DNA from: Candidatus Woesearchaeota archaeon
GTDB lineage: Archaea; Nanobdellota; Nanobdellia; Pacearchaeales; GW2011-AR1
Assembly: GCA_964482665.1 (NCBI GenBank)
Contig: CAYZYW010000002.1
Span: 1 to 53,758, forward strand
Direction: 5' to 3'
Length of the DNA: 53,758 nt
The notes under the pieces are model-generated. The model saw nothing but the letters and a program-made list of their open reading frames with translations. It was not told where the DNA came from and did not search any database. Position 1 is the first letter of the stretch, and each line of letters opens with the position of its first letter. The position numbers and the translations under genes were made by a program. This document shows, piece by piece, positions 7,927 to 17,829 of the stretch.

Positions 7927-9201
7927 ATGACAAAAATACATTATGATAGTTTTATAGATTTGAAATATAAGCCGAAGGCTACAGATCTTATATGTCAGTT
8001 TAAAATTACGCCAGCAAAAGGTTATACTTTTCGAGAAGTTTGTTCGATTACGGCGGGTGAAAGTTCGATTGGAACATGGACAGATTTGAAAACTATAAAT
8101 AAAAAAACACAATTAAAAATTACACCAAAAGTTTATTATTTAGATAAGAAAAATTTAAGATGTAGAATTGCATACCCACTCGATTTATTCGAATTAGGAA
8201 ATCTTCCTGAAATTTTGTCGTCGGTTGGTGGAAATATATATGGAATGAAATCAGTAAAAGGAATTTTATGGGAAGATATAAACATTCCAAAAAAAATGTT
8301 AAAAAGTTTTAAGGGACCTCAATTTGGAATTAAAGGATTAAGAAAATATTTGAAAGTTTACGGAAGGCCCTTAGTTGGAACAATTGTAAAACCTAAAGTT
8401 GGATTAAATGAAAAAGAGCACGCAAAAGTTGCATATGATTCATGGGTTGGAGGATGTGATGTTGTAAAAGATGATGAAAATTTAACTTCTCAACCATTCA
8501 ATAACTTCTACAAAAGAATTCCTTTAACATTAAAAGCCTGCAAAAAAGCTGAAAAGAAAACAGGTGAGAAAAAAGTTTACTTAGCAAATTGTACTGCATC
8601 TGTTGATGAAATGGTTAAACGAATTAAATTCGTAGAAAAAAATGGTGGTAATTATATTATGCTTGATATTTTAACATTAGGTTGGAGCGCATTACAAAAA
8701 GCTAGAGATGTGACCAAATTACCAATTCATGCACATAGGGCAGGTCATGCAATGTTTGATAGATCTCCAATTCATGGAATGACAATGGAAGTAATCGCGC
8801 AACTTGCAAGAATGGTTGGTGTTGATACATTGCATATTGGAACAGCTTATGGAAAAATGGTCGGAGGAAAAGATATGGTTTTACATATTGAAGAAGAAAT
8901 AGAATCTGAATTTACAACTCAAACAAAAGAATATTTAGCCCAAAAATGGCATGGAATGAAAACGGTTTTTGGAGTAGCTTCAGGTGGAGTACATCCAGGA
9001 ATGGTTGATAAAATTATGAAATTTATGGGCAACGATGTAGTAATTCAAGCAGGTGGTGGAGTTCACGGACACCCAGATGGAACAATCGCAGGAGCTATAG
9101 CAATGCGACAAGCAGTTGATGCAACATTACAAAAAATTAGTTTAAAAAAATATGCAAAAGATCATATTGAATTGAAAAAAGCATTAGACAAGTGGTTGTA
9201 A
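7927..9201 (+). CDS. rbcL: ribulose-1,5-bisphosphate carboxylase large subunit, form III (archaeal type)
   Basis: GTIVKPKVGL, GGCDVVKDDENL, HAHRAGHA and GGGVHGHP active-site motifs. 424 aa, with no small-subunit gene. Confidence 0.9.
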   Translation: MTKIHYDSFIDLKYKPKATDLICQFKITPAKGYTFREVCSITAGESSIGTWTDLKTINKKTQLKITPKVYYLDKKNLRCRIAYPLDLFELGNLPEILSSVGGNIYGMKSVKGILWEDINIPKKMLKSFKGPQFGIKGLRKYLKVYGRPLVGTIVKPKVGLNEKEHAKVAYDSWVGGCDVVKDDENLTSQPFNNFYKRIPLTLKACKKAEKKTGEKKVYLANCTASVDEMVKRIKFVEKNGGNYIMLDILTLGWSALQKARDVTKLPIHAHRAGHAMFDRSPIHGMTMEVIAQLARMVGVDTLHIGTAYGKMVGGKDMVLHIEEEIESEFTTQTKEYLAQKWHGMKTVFGVASGGVHPGMVDKIMKFMGNDVVIQAGGGVHGHPDGTIAGAIAMRQAVDATLQKISLKKYAKDHIELKKALDKWL

Positions 9202-9202
9202 A

Positions 9203-9922
9203 TTACTTTTCAAAAGTTTTCAAATAATCTTTTTCAACAAAATGTAATTTGCTTGGTATAATTATACAATAGGGTCCAAACATTCCTTGAAATTCTTCAA
9301 GTTCTTCAATATCTCTATAGACAATTGATCTTTTCTTTGTTCCAAGTGCTCGACATACTAATATTTTTTTTAATGAGATGTCTTCTTTTTTTGCAGCTTT
9401 TTTTAGTTGAAATATTGCGTCTTGAAAATCTAGTCCGATATCTATTAAAATTAAACTATGTGCTTTCATTGACATATTTTCATGAACGATTTTCATAAAA
9501 CTTGTTGGAGTAAAGCTTTTTTGCCATGTGGGCATACTTGCGATTTTTCCGAATTTGTAAAGTTGTAAACCTGTTTCAGCAACAGCGTCTAAAATTGATG
9601 CGTTATAAATTATTTTTGTTCGAACTTTTGAAAGTTTAGCTTCTTGTAGTAATGTTATATGTGTTGTTGCTGTTAATGGACTTCCGTATATTAAAAGTAC
9701 AACATCTTTTTTTGCAGCTTCATCTACAATAGAAAGATTTTCAACAAATTCTCTATTTGCAGGATAAATTTTTTTCCCTAAAACATCTTCAAGTTCTTGA
9801 TGGGTATATGGAAATTCAACAGTATAATTTTCAAGATAAATTTTTTTCGCACGTTTCACTACTTCTAAACCATATGTTGAAATTCCGTCAACATTTAAAC
9901 CTAATCCTATTAAGTATAACAT
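9203..9922 (-). CDS. dph5: diphthine synthase
   Basis: MLYLIGLGL N-terminus and tetrapyrrole-methylase-fold motifs typical of archaeal Dph5. Confidence 0.85.
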   Translation of the reverse strand: MLYLIGLGLNVDGISTYGLEVVKRAKKIYLENYTVEFPYTHQELEDVLGKKIYPANREFVENLSIVDEAAKKDVVLLIYGSPLTATTHITLLQEAKLSKVRTKIIYNASILDAVAETGLQLYKFGKIASMPTWQKSFTPTSFMKIVHENMSMKAHSLILIDIGLDFQDAIFQLKKAAKKEDISLKKILVCRALGTKKRSIVYRDIEELEEFQGMFGPYCIIIPSKLHFVEKDYLKTFEK

Positions 9923-9976
9923 AGAAAAAAATGGCTTGAGAGGTTTAATAGGTTTTTGGTTCGAAAATTTACAAAA

Positions 9977-9988
9977 CTTTTATAAAGG
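9977..9988 (+). promoter_or_regulatory. TATA box (cttttataaagg), centre about 27 nt upstream of the ATG at 10009
   Basis: Position and sequence match the window-wide promoter pattern. Confidence 0.5.
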
Positions 9989-10008
9989 TTTTTTTCTTGA
10001 AATAAAAC

Positions 10009-10989
10009 ATGGAAAATAAAGAGGTTCAAAAACAAGAAAATAATTCTGAGGAGTGCAATCCAGTTAATCCATTAAATAAGCATTTAGAAAAAGTAAAAAA
10101 TAATCCTTGGATGGCTTCGACTATAGTTTTAGCGATTGTTAGTTTGATTTTATTATTAAGTAGTTTTTCAGGTGGAGTTATTACAGGTGGAGTTATTTCA
10201 GAAGTAGATGCAAGCGAAATGCTTTTAGATTTTTATACAACAAGTGGAGCTCAGGGATTAGAGATTGGTTCAGTTGAAGAATTGAGTGGAGTTTATCAAG
10301 TTAATTTTTTATATAATGGTCAAGCTGTTCCAATGTTTGTGACAAAGGATGGTAAGTTAGCAGGTCAATTGACACCCTTGAGTGCTCCTGAAGTTCCAGC
10401 ACAACAACCAACTACAACAACTATTCCTAAAACAGATAAACCAAAGGCAGAATTATTTATTATGACACATTGTCCATATGGAACACAAGCTGAAAAAGGA
10501 TTTTTACCAATGATGAGATTAATGGAGAATATTGCAGATGTCAAAATTAGATTTGTTCATTACTTTATGCATGATCCTGAAGAAACTGAAACACCTAGAC
10601 AAGTTTGTATAAGAGAAGAGCAATCAGATAAATATTTAGATTATTTAGAATGTTTTTTAGGTGAAGGAGATTCTGAAGGTTGTTTGGTTAACGCAGCTAT
10701 AGACCAAGTTTCAATGAATAACTGTATTGATAATGGAAACGCAGAAAAATATTATAAAGAAGATTCAGTATTAAGTGAAACTTATGGAGTTCAGGGAAGT
10801 CCTACTTTAATTATTAATGGTGTTAAATCAAATGCCGGAAGAGATGCGGCTTCATATTTAGATGGTTTATGTAAGGCATATACAGATAGTTCAGTTCCAG
10901 TACAATGTGGTGAGAAATTATCAGACGCTGCACCAACGCCAATGTGGGGATGGGATGGAAGTGGTTCAAATTCAGATGCACAGTGTTAA
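10009..10989 (+). CDS. membrane-anchored thioredoxin-fold (DsbA-like) protein
   Basis: One N-terminal TM segment, a CPYG redox-like motif, several extra Cys, and GSPTLIING typical of thioredoxin-like folds. Confidence 0.55.
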   Translation: MENKEVQKQENNSEECNPVNPLNKHLEKVKNNPWMASTIVLAIVSLILLLSSFSGGVITGGVISEVDASEMLLDFYTTSGAQGLEIGSVEELSGVYQVNFLYNGQAVPMFVTKDGKLAGQLTPLSAPEVPAQQPTTTTIPKTDKPKAELFIMTHCPYGTQAEKGFLPMMRLMENIADVKIRFVHYFMHDPEETETPRQVCIREEQSDKYLDYLECFLGEGDSEGCLVNAAIDQVSMNNCIDNGNAEKYYKEDSVLSETYGVQGSPTLIINGVKSNAGRDAASYLDGLCKAYTDSSVPVQCGEKLSDAAPTPMWGWDGSGSNSDAQC

Positions 10990-11015
10990 TATAATATATT
11001 TCTAATCACAACAAT

Positions 11016-11025
11016 CTTTAAATAT
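11016..11025 (+). promoter_or_regulatory. TATA box (ctttaaatat) about 26 nt upstream of the ATG at 11046
   Basis: Position and sequence pattern. Confidence 0.45.
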
Positions 11026-11045
11026 AAATAAGTATTATAATTTAT

Positions 11046-11498
11046 ATGGAAGATTTAGAAAATAAATTAGATCAAGTAGAGCAAGATAAAAAGCAAATTT
11101 TAGAAGAAATAGATGAAAGAAATAAAGATAGGGAGATTTTATGTGGTGGGTGTAAAGGTTATCATAAAATTAAGGATCTTACGGCAATTCAATATTATTG
11201 GCATGTTTCTCCACATGGATGCACAGGGGGGGATTATTGGAGAGAGGGAGAGTTGATATTTGTTTGTCCTGAAAATGGTATGGTTAATAGGTTATTGTTC
11301 GATAACAATGATGTCCCATTTGAAGATAGAAAAATGTATAAGAATGATCCCGAAGAACAATTTAAAAGAAATTATAAAAAATTATTTTTGGAAGTTGTAG
11401 ATAATTTTGATGAAACAATTCATGGTAAATGGGTAAATAATTTTTATGTTGATAAAAATCGTGAAAAGTTTGGGCTTGTCGAAAAAATAAAAAAATAA
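11046..11498 (+). CDS. hypothetical Cys-containing protein
   Basis: 150-aa ORF with CGGC...HGC...CPENG. No family recognised. Confidence 0.5.
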   Translation: MEDLENKLDQVEQDKKQILEEIDERNKDREILCGGCKGYHKIKDLTAIQYYWHVSPHGCTGGDYWREGELIFVCPENGMVNRLLFDNNDVPFEDRKMYKNDPEEQFKRNYKKLFLEVVDNFDETIHGKWVNNFYVDKNREKFGLVEKIKK

Positions 11499-11505
11499 AA
11501 TTTAT

Positions 11506-12693
11506 TTATCTGGTAATATATTCAATTTCTTCGTTGCTTAATTTAAGTTCTCGATGAATTTTTGGATTTGATTTTAAGATTTGTTTTATTACGGGAAAAT
11601 CTTTCATTGCACGTTTTTTACTTATGTGAACCAAGGGTGCGTATTTCATACATATTGATTTTTTCTTTAATGTTTTCATATTGTTTAGCCAAATTTTTAA
11701 AATTCTTTCAGGGCGTTTATATGCTGTGAATCCTGGCTTTTGTTTAGATTTTGCAGTAGATATAGCATAACTTAGAAAAGCATTTTCATAAACCAAGAAT
11801 CTCCAATATTGTTTTTTGTAAATTCTACCTTTGAATCGATCTGCTCTTGCCACAGCTTCGTATGCTTTCATTAATTCTTCTTTGTCATACTCAAGAGGAA
11901 TATTTTCTTCAACCCATAACATTATTTCGTCTAATTGCATATTCACAGAATCATAAACTTTTAGAGTTTCATTTGTTGGTTTTGTTTTAAATACAATTTT
12001 AAGTGCGTTGAAAATATCTGTTTCTTTGTTTCTTTCAGATAATTCGATTTTTGATGGGTCATCCATACTTGCCGCTGTTTGTAGGTCATTTATTGCAGCA
12101 CGCAAGTCACCTTTTGCATTTATTGCGATTTTAGAAATTATATCAGTTTCAATAGATTTGTTTTCTTTTTTTAGGATTACATTTAAGACATTTTTTACAA
12201 TTGAATATTCAATATCTTTTAATTGTAAAAGTTCTACTTTTTTTCGTAGTGGACTTAGTTTCTTTTTCCAAATGTCGTTTGCCGTGATAATTATAGGATG
12301 CGATGAGCTTGGCAATAATGACATTAGTTCAGACAAACCTCCTCTATCAACAGCAGAGATTCCATCTACTTCATCAAGTAAGATAATTTTTTTAGTTTTT
12401 GTTAAAGATTTTTGTTCGATTGCAGGTCGTAAAATTTCATATAATTTTTTTTTGTTTCTCAAATCAGATGCGTTTAATTCAAATATTTCTGAATTTGTTT
12501 CTTTAGCGACAACATGAACCAATGTTGTTTTTCCTGTTCCGGGTGGTCCATGTAAAACAAGTGCTTTTTTTTTGGCGTATGAAAATTGGGTAACAAATGA
12601 TTTAATTTTAGTTATTGCAAAATCTTGTCCTTTTATTTCTAGAAAACTTTTTGGTCTATATTTTTCAACCCAATTAGATTTATTGTTGGTCAT
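11506..12693 (-). CDS. rfcL: replication factor C large subunit
   Basis: WVEKYRPKSF, GPPGTGKTT and DEVDG motifs. Lies directly downstream of rfcS. Confidence 0.85.
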   Translation of the reverse strand: MTNNKSNWVEKYRPKSFLEIKGQDFAITKIKSFVTQFSYAKKKALVLHGPPGTGKTTLVHVVAKETNSEIFELNASDLRNKKKLYEILRPAIEQKSLTKTKKIILLDEVDGISAVDRGGLSELMSLLPSSSHPIIITANDIWKKKLSPLRKKVELLQLKDIEYSIVKNVLNVILKKENKSIETDIISKIAINAKGDLRAAINDLQTAASMDDPSKIELSERNKETDIFNALKIVFKTKPTNETLKVYDSVNMQLDEIMLWVEENIPLEYDKEELMKAYEAVARADRFKGRIYKKQYWRFLVYENAFLSYAISTAKSKQKPGFTAYKRPERILKIWLNNMKTLKKKSICMKYAPLVHISKKRAMKDFPVIKQILKSNPKIHRELKLSNEEIEYITR

Positions 12694-12695
12694 TA

Positions 12696-13655
12696 TTATT
12701 CTTTTCCTAGTCCAGCCAATACAAAGCTAGCAAGTAAAGCTTGAAGTTGAATAAATGGATCTGATCCTTCTGTTATTCTAAATTCTGTTTCACCTGTTTT
12801 TTCTGTTAGTCGAACTTTTAATTCAGGTTCTATTGGAAGATTCCATATTTCTTTTTGAATAGATTTGACAACATCTTGCCCTGCTACACTTTCTTTTAGC
12901 ATTATATCTAAAAGTTTTTCTTTTGATTTTTGAAAATCTCCAGATAAAGCATAATCTAAAACAATTTTGATATCTTTTGGTTTTGTATTTGAAATAATTG
13001 TTGAGACAAGTTCGGGAGTTATTGTTAGTGAAATTGGTACGGTTGATTGTAAAATATTTATACATCTTCGACAATCACCCTCGCTTCCTTCGTAAAGTAT
13101 TTCCATAGCATTTGGAACAATTGTTAAGTTTTCTATTTGTGCAATTCTTTGAATAACTTGTTCGATTGCTTTTTTTTCTAAAAGTTTAAATCTGAAGATT
13201 GCGCAACGTGATTGAATAGGGTCGATGATTTTACTTGAATAATTACATGACATAATAAATCGACATGTTGCTGAATAGTTTTCCATTGTTCGTCTTAATG
13301 CTTGTTGAGCTTCGGGTGTTAGGGCGTCTGCTTCATCTAAGAAAATAACTTTGAATGGAACACTTCCTAAAGCTTTTGTTCGTGCGAAATTTTTAACTTT
13401 TTCTCGAACAACTTGGATTCCTCTTTCGTCTGATGCGTTTAATTCTAAATATGATTCTTTCCAGTTTTTTCCAAATAGTTCTTTTACAACAATTAATGCA
13501 AGTGTTGATTTTCCTGTTCCGGCTGGACCTGCAAATAAAAGGTGTGGAATGTTCATAGAATTTGTAAGTGCTTCAACTCTTTTTACAATTTCATCTTGAC
13601 CAACAAGGTCTTTAAATGTTGATGGCCTAAATTTTTCTGTCCAAATTTCGCTCAT
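12696..13655 (-). CDS. rfcS: replication factor C small subunit
   Basis: WTEKFRPSTF, GPAGTGKST, LDEADALT and SRC motifs. Confidence 0.9.
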   Translation of the reverse strand: MSEIWTEKFRPSTFKDLVGQDEIVKRVEALTNSMNIPHLLFAGPAGTGKSTLALIVVKELFGKNWKESYLELNASDERGIQVVREKVKNFARTKALGSVPFKVIFLDEADALTPEAQQALRRTMENYSATCRFIMSCNYSSKIIDPIQSRCAIFRFKLLEKKAIEQVIQRIAQIENLTIVPNAMEILYEGSEGDCRRCINILQSTVPISLTITPELVSTIISNTKPKDIKIVLDYALSGDFQKSKEKLLDIMLKESVAGQDVVKSIQKEIWNLPIEPELKVRLTEKTGETEFRITEGSDPFIQLQALLASFVLAGLGKE

Positions 13656-13737
13656 GGTATATTGAATTCCATTTTGCTTATAAAGATTTGGATACTCTAG
13701 TAGAGAATTACTTTAGGGTTATGAAAAAATGGAATTA

Positions 13738-13750
13738 AAGATTTAAATAT
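13738..13750 (+). promoter_or_regulatory. TATA box (aaagatttaaatat) about 26 nt upstream of the ATG at 13771
   Basis: Position and sequence pattern. Confidence 0.45.
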
Positions 13751-13770
13751 GAGTTTTTCATGAGGAGTAT

Positions 13771-14571
13771 ATGTATGAGGTGTTTTTTTTATTGCTTGCA
13801 GGTGTTGGTGCTGGAATTATTACAGGTTTAATTGGGGCGAGTGCGGTTATGATTTCGGTTCCAATTATGGTTATTTTTTTGGGGTATGATATTTTTCTTG
13901 CGATTGGATTGAGTTTGGGGATTGATGTGGTAGCTTCAATAATGGCTGCTCTGGTTTATAAAAAATATGATAATATTAATATTAGAATAGGGATTCATAT
14001 GTCTTTTTTTGCAATTATAGGTGTTTTAATTGGAACATCTGTTTCGTTTTATATCCCGAAGGCATTGTTAACTGGATTAACAGGTATAGCGATTTGTTTT
14101 TCAGGTTTGAATTTTATGACTAGAAAGATTAGAGATGAAATAGAGGATGTTGTTGAAGATTTGAAATTAGATTATAAGAATAAAAGGTATTTAGTTACGA
14201 TGTTTGCGGCTTTGATTGTTGGTTTTATTGGTGGGTCGTTTGGTGCAGGAGGTGGCTTGTCGATGTTGTTGATATTAACATTTGTTTTACATTTTAAAAT
14301 TCATAAAGCAATTGGGACATCTATTTTTGTTATGATATTTATTGCATTATCAGGAGCAGTAAGTCATTATGTTTTTTTACCTTTTCCTATATATGCATTA
14401 GTGATTGCATGCATAGGTGCAGTTGTTGGCTCAAAATATTCAGCGAAAATAGCGAATCTTTTGAGCGAGAAGCAACTTAATAAATTGGCAGGAGTTATTT
14501 TCTTTGCGTTAGGGTTGGCTTTGATGATTCAACAAGTATTTAGTAATGGATATTTGAATTATTTATTTTAA
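13771..14571 (+). CDS. TSUP/TauE-SafE family membrane transporter
   Basis: About 8 TM segments with duplicated glycine-rich GAGGG-type motifs. Confidence 0.7.
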   Translation: MYEVFFLLLAGVGAGIITGLIGASAVMISVPIMVIFLGYDIFLAIGLSLGIDVVASIMAALVYKKYDNINIRIGIHMSFFAIIGVLIGTSVSFYIPKALLTGLTGIAICFSGLNFMTRKIRDEIEDVVEDLKLDYKNKRYLVTMFAALIVGFIGGSFGAGGGLSMLLILTFVLHFKIHKAIGTSIFVMIFIALSGAVSHYVFLPFPIYALVIACIGAVVGSKYSAKIANLLSEKQLNKLAGVIFFALGLALMIQQVFSNGYLNYLF

Positions 14572-15689
14572 ATTTTATAAATAAATTTGTCAAGCATTCC
14601 TTCAGCCTTTGCTCTTCTTTCTTGATGTTTTTTCAAGAAAGTATTCAATTTATCAATTAGTATTTTCTTTAATTCTCCAGATAATAATTTTCCTGATTCA
14701 TAATCTTTTTTTATTTGTTCAAGTTTATCATCGTCGTATTCAAAATATCTTAACCATTGATATGAAACATCTATATCTGTATTTCCGCCTTTCTTTCGAT
14801 GCTCTTCAATTGTATCTTGGCCACCTGAGAATGCATATTTGTTTATCTTTTTCTTTATTGTTTTTGGGTCATCTGTTAAAAGAATAGTTTTATCTGAGCT
14901 AGAGGAATCAATTTTACCATCTATTCCTGTTAGTGGCATCATCATTTTTGAATGAATAATTGAAGGTTTTTGATGTCCCAATTTTTTAATAACATCCCTT
15001 GATAATCTGAAGTGCGGGTCTTGGTCAACTCCTAGTGGAATTAAGCATCTTTGGTTTTTACCCGACAGAACATTTGGCAAGAATATTGGGACAGTTTGCA
15101 TTGCTGTGTAAAATATACTTCCAATATTATTTGTGTTTGTAAATCCAAAGGCTGCTTTTATTGAGGAGAATGTTATTTTTTTTGCAACTTTTATTGCTTC
15201 GGGATACATGATTCCTGCATGCTTAGTGTCAATTAAGAAATGTGTTTTTTTCGGATCAAATCCCAATGCAATTACATCTAACATATTTTCATGTGTCCAT
15301 TCTTGAATTTCTTCATATGTTTTGTTTTTATATAGGAATTTTTCATCATCTGTAAATTGAAACCATAGTTCTAAATCAAATTTATCTTGTAACCATTTTA
15401 CAAATCTCCATGTTCCCACATGTCCTAAATGTATTGGACCTGAAGGTCCTCTCCCAGTGTATAAGAACCCTTTATTTCCTTTATCGTATTCGTCTAAGAA
15501 TTCTTTTAAGTCTCTATGGGCAAAGAAAATTCCCCTTTTTATAAATGGGTGAACTTCTCCTGCTATTTTTCCAATTCGTTTTATTAAAGTTTTGTCAAGT
15601 TTTTTTACGCCGAATTCATTAATTAGTTTGTCATAATTTATTTTACCTGAAACTTCGTATGGATTCACCTTCATTTTTTGTTTTTGCAT
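14568..15689 (-). CDS. trpS: tryptophan--tRNA ligase (archaeal/eukaryotic type)
   Basis: YTGRGPSGPIHLGH, GVDQDPHFRL and AFSGGQDTIEEHRKKGGNTDIDVSYQWL. Confidence 0.85.
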   Translation of the reverse strand: MQKQKMKVNPYEVSGKINYDKLINEFGVKKLDKTLIKRIGKIAGEVHPFIKRGIFFAHRDLKEFLDEYDKGNKGFLYTGRGPSGPIHLGHVGTWRFVKWLQDKFDLELWFQFTDDEKFLYKNKTYEEIQEWTHENMLDVIALGFDPKKTHFLIDTKHAGIMYPEAIKVAKKITFSSIKAAFGFTNTNNIGSIFYTAMQTVPIFLPNVLSGKNQRCLIPLGVDQDPHFRLSRDVIKKLGHQKPSIIHSKMMMPLTGIDGKIDSSSSDKTILLTDDPKTIKKKINKYAFSGGQDTIEEHRKKGGNTDIDVSYQWLRYFEYDDDKLEQIKKDYESGKLLSGELKKILIDKLNTFLKKHQERRAKAEGMLDKFIYKI

Positions 15690-15740
15690 GGTAATTTGAG
15701 TGAAAGATTATTTTTAATACTTGTGGAATTTTACGAGAAA

Positions 15741-15750
15741 GTTTATAAAT
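15741..15750 (+). promoter_or_regulatory. TATA box (gtttataaat) about 26 nt upstream of the ATG at 15771
   Basis: Supports the internal ATG as the true start. Confidence 0.45.
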
Positions 15751-15770
15751 ATATTTTCATAGGTTATGTC

Positions 15771-17798
15771 ATGAGAAAAGAGATATCTGTTTTGCTTGGG
15801 TTTGTTTTTTTAATTGGAATGGTTTCTGCGAGTATAATTTTAACAGAACAGCCTGATGAGATTTATAATTTGGGTGATTCTTTTATGATTCCCGTTACGA
15901 TAAAATCATTGGAAGAAACGACAGGAGTTTTCTCAATGGATTTGATTTGTAATGGAAATACGATTAATTTTTATAAAGCTGCGATTATGCTTAAAGCTGG
16001 AGATGAAAAAAAACAAGATCCTTTGTTGATTTTGACACATGAAATGATAGGAGACTTAAAAGGAACATGTAATATTAAAGCGAGTTTGAATGATGAATAT
16101 ATTTTGACTGAAAATGATTTTAAGCTTTCAGATTTGTTGGTAGTTGAGTTGGATGAATATGTGGATAATTTGAATCCTGGTGAAAATATTTTGTTTCAAG
16201 GAAATGTATTGAGGGAGACTGGTGAAAATGCAAATGGAATAGTTGAATTAGAATTAATAAATAATGACGTTTCTCAATTAAGTCAGATTGGAACAATTAA
16301 TAATGGTTTTTTTGAAGTTGGTTTGAATATTCCTGAAGATTTTATGGCTGGAAATTATTTAATACGTTTGAATTTTTTTGAAGAGGAGATGTCTAAAGGA
16401 GAAGTTGTTAAAACAAATAATGGATTTACAAATTTTAATATAGGAATTAATTCAGTTCCCACAAGTTTAGAAATTATTTTAGAAGAAAGTGAAATTGTTC
16501 CTGGAAATAATTTAAAAATTAGAACTATTTTGCATGATCAAACAGGAATAAGCATGGGTGCAGTTAGTATAATCGAAATTAAAGATTCAAGAGGCCAATT
16601 ATTAGAACAGGTTGAAATTTCTACAGATAATGTTCACGAATTTGTAACACAGTATAATACATTGCCTAGTGGTTGGAAAATAAATGCAAAGTCAAATGAT
16701 TTGATATCAGAGGTTGGGGTTAAAATTTTAGAGAATAAAAAAGTGGATATTTTGTTTGAGAATGAAACAATTGTTTTGATAAATAAAGGGAATATTCCAT
16801 ATAATGATTCTGTTTTAGTAAAAATTGGAAACGAGTCGATTAATATAGAAACATATTTAGAGATAGATGGAGAGAAAAGATATGTAGTGACTGCGCCAGA
16901 TGGTGAATATAGTTTGAATATACTTGCAGACGGGGAAGAAAAATATTCAGGCAATGCTTTACTTACAGGAAAAGCTGTGAGTGTCAAAGAGGTTTCTAGA
17001 GGTGTTGTGGCAATTGTGTCTCATCCTCTTGTATGGATTTTTGTAATTGTTATATTTGGATTTATTGTTTATATTCTTTTGAAACGATTTAGAAAAAATG
17101 GAAAAAGTTTTTTCAGTATTTTTTCATGGAAAGGAAAATCTTTAAATAAAAATAATTTAGAAAATAAAACTGGATTTTTGAAGCCTGGATCGTTGGTGGA
17201 TAGTTTAAGTCCTGCCGTGCTTTCATTATCTATTTCAGGACAAAAGCAAAATACAAGTGTTGTTTGCTTAAAGATTAATAATTTTAAAGATTTGCAAAAA
17301 AATAAAATAAAGAATGAAAGTTTGAAAAAAATTGTGAGTTATGCGGAAGATAGAAAAGCTCATACGTATGAAAATGGTGGTAATTTATTTTTTATATTGG
17401 CTCCATTGAAAACTCGAACTTTTAAGAATGATATGGTTGCAGTTGAGATTGCACAAGGAATTAAGGAAATTTTAGATAGAGATAATAAATTGTTTAAACA
17501 AAGAATTGAATATGGAATAGGTTTGAATAATGGATATGTTATTGCGAAACAAGAAGGAGAAGTTTTGAAATTTATGAGCATTGGAACATTAATTACGAAA
17601 GCTAAAAGAATTTCATTAGCTTCGAAGGAAGAGATTTATTTAAGTAAAGATATTAAAGATAAATTGATGACAAATGTTAAAACAGAGAAGGTTAAAAAAA
17701 GTGGAGTTGATGTATATACAATTAAAGAAATAAAAAAGAATTCAGCTGAAAATAAGAAATTTATTAATAATTTTTTGAAGAAATTGCATAATGATTAA
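15771..17798 (+). CDS. single-pass membrane protein with a large extracellular domain and a cytoplasmic degenerate class-III-cyclase-like domain
   Basis: Signal peptide MRKEISVLLGFVFLIGMVSA and TM segment VWIFVIVIFGFIVYILL. The C-terminus aligns by eye to the cyclase fold (IEYGIGLNNGYVIAK...IGTLITKAKRI) but lacks the metal-binding Asp residues. Confidence 0.5.
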   Translation: MRKEISVLLGFVFLIGMVSASIILTEQPDEIYNLGDSFMIPVTIKSLEETTGVFSMDLICNGNTINFYKAAIMLKAGDEKKQDPLLILTHEMIGDLKGTCNIKASLNDEYILTENDFKLSDLLVVELDEYVDNLNPGENILFQGNVLRETGENANGIVELELINNDVSQLSQIGTINNGFFEVGLNIPEDFMAGNYLIRLNFFEEEMSKGEVVKTNNGFTNFNIGINSVPTSLEIILEESEIVPGNNLKIRTILHDQTGISMGAVSIIEIKDSRGQLLEQVEISTDNVHEFVTQYNTLPSGWKINAKSNDLISEVGVKILENKKVDILFENETIVLINKGNIPYNDSVLVKIGNESINIETYLEIDGEKRYVVTAPDGEYSLNILADGEEKYSGNALLTGKAVSVKEVSRGVVAIVSHPLVWIFVIVIFGFIVYILLKRFRKNGKSFFSIFSWKGKSLNKNNLENKTGFLKPGSLVDSLSPAVLSLSISGQKQNTSVVCLKINNFKDLQKNKIKNESLKKIVSYAEDRKAHTYENGGNLFFILAPLKTRTFKNDMVAVEIAQGIKEILDRDNKLFKQRIEYGIGLNNGYVIAKQEGEVLKFMSIGTLITKAKRISLASKEEIYLSKDIKDKLMTNVKTEKVKKSGVDVYTIKEIKKNSAENKKFINNFLKKLHND

Positions 17799-17829
17799 TC
17801 ACAATAATCTTTAAAAAGTAGTTTTTATT

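Noticed and set aside
12008-12517. Long antisense ORFs inside real genes (e.g. 12008..12517, 2620..2865, 13351..13599, 16634..16987, 26779..27060, 28400..28651, 30435..31107, 35384..35860, 44396..45111, 46789..47617, 47727..48421)
   Set aside because: These are shadow ORFs opposite well-supported genes. The translations are low complexity (F/L/I/S-rich) with no motifs.
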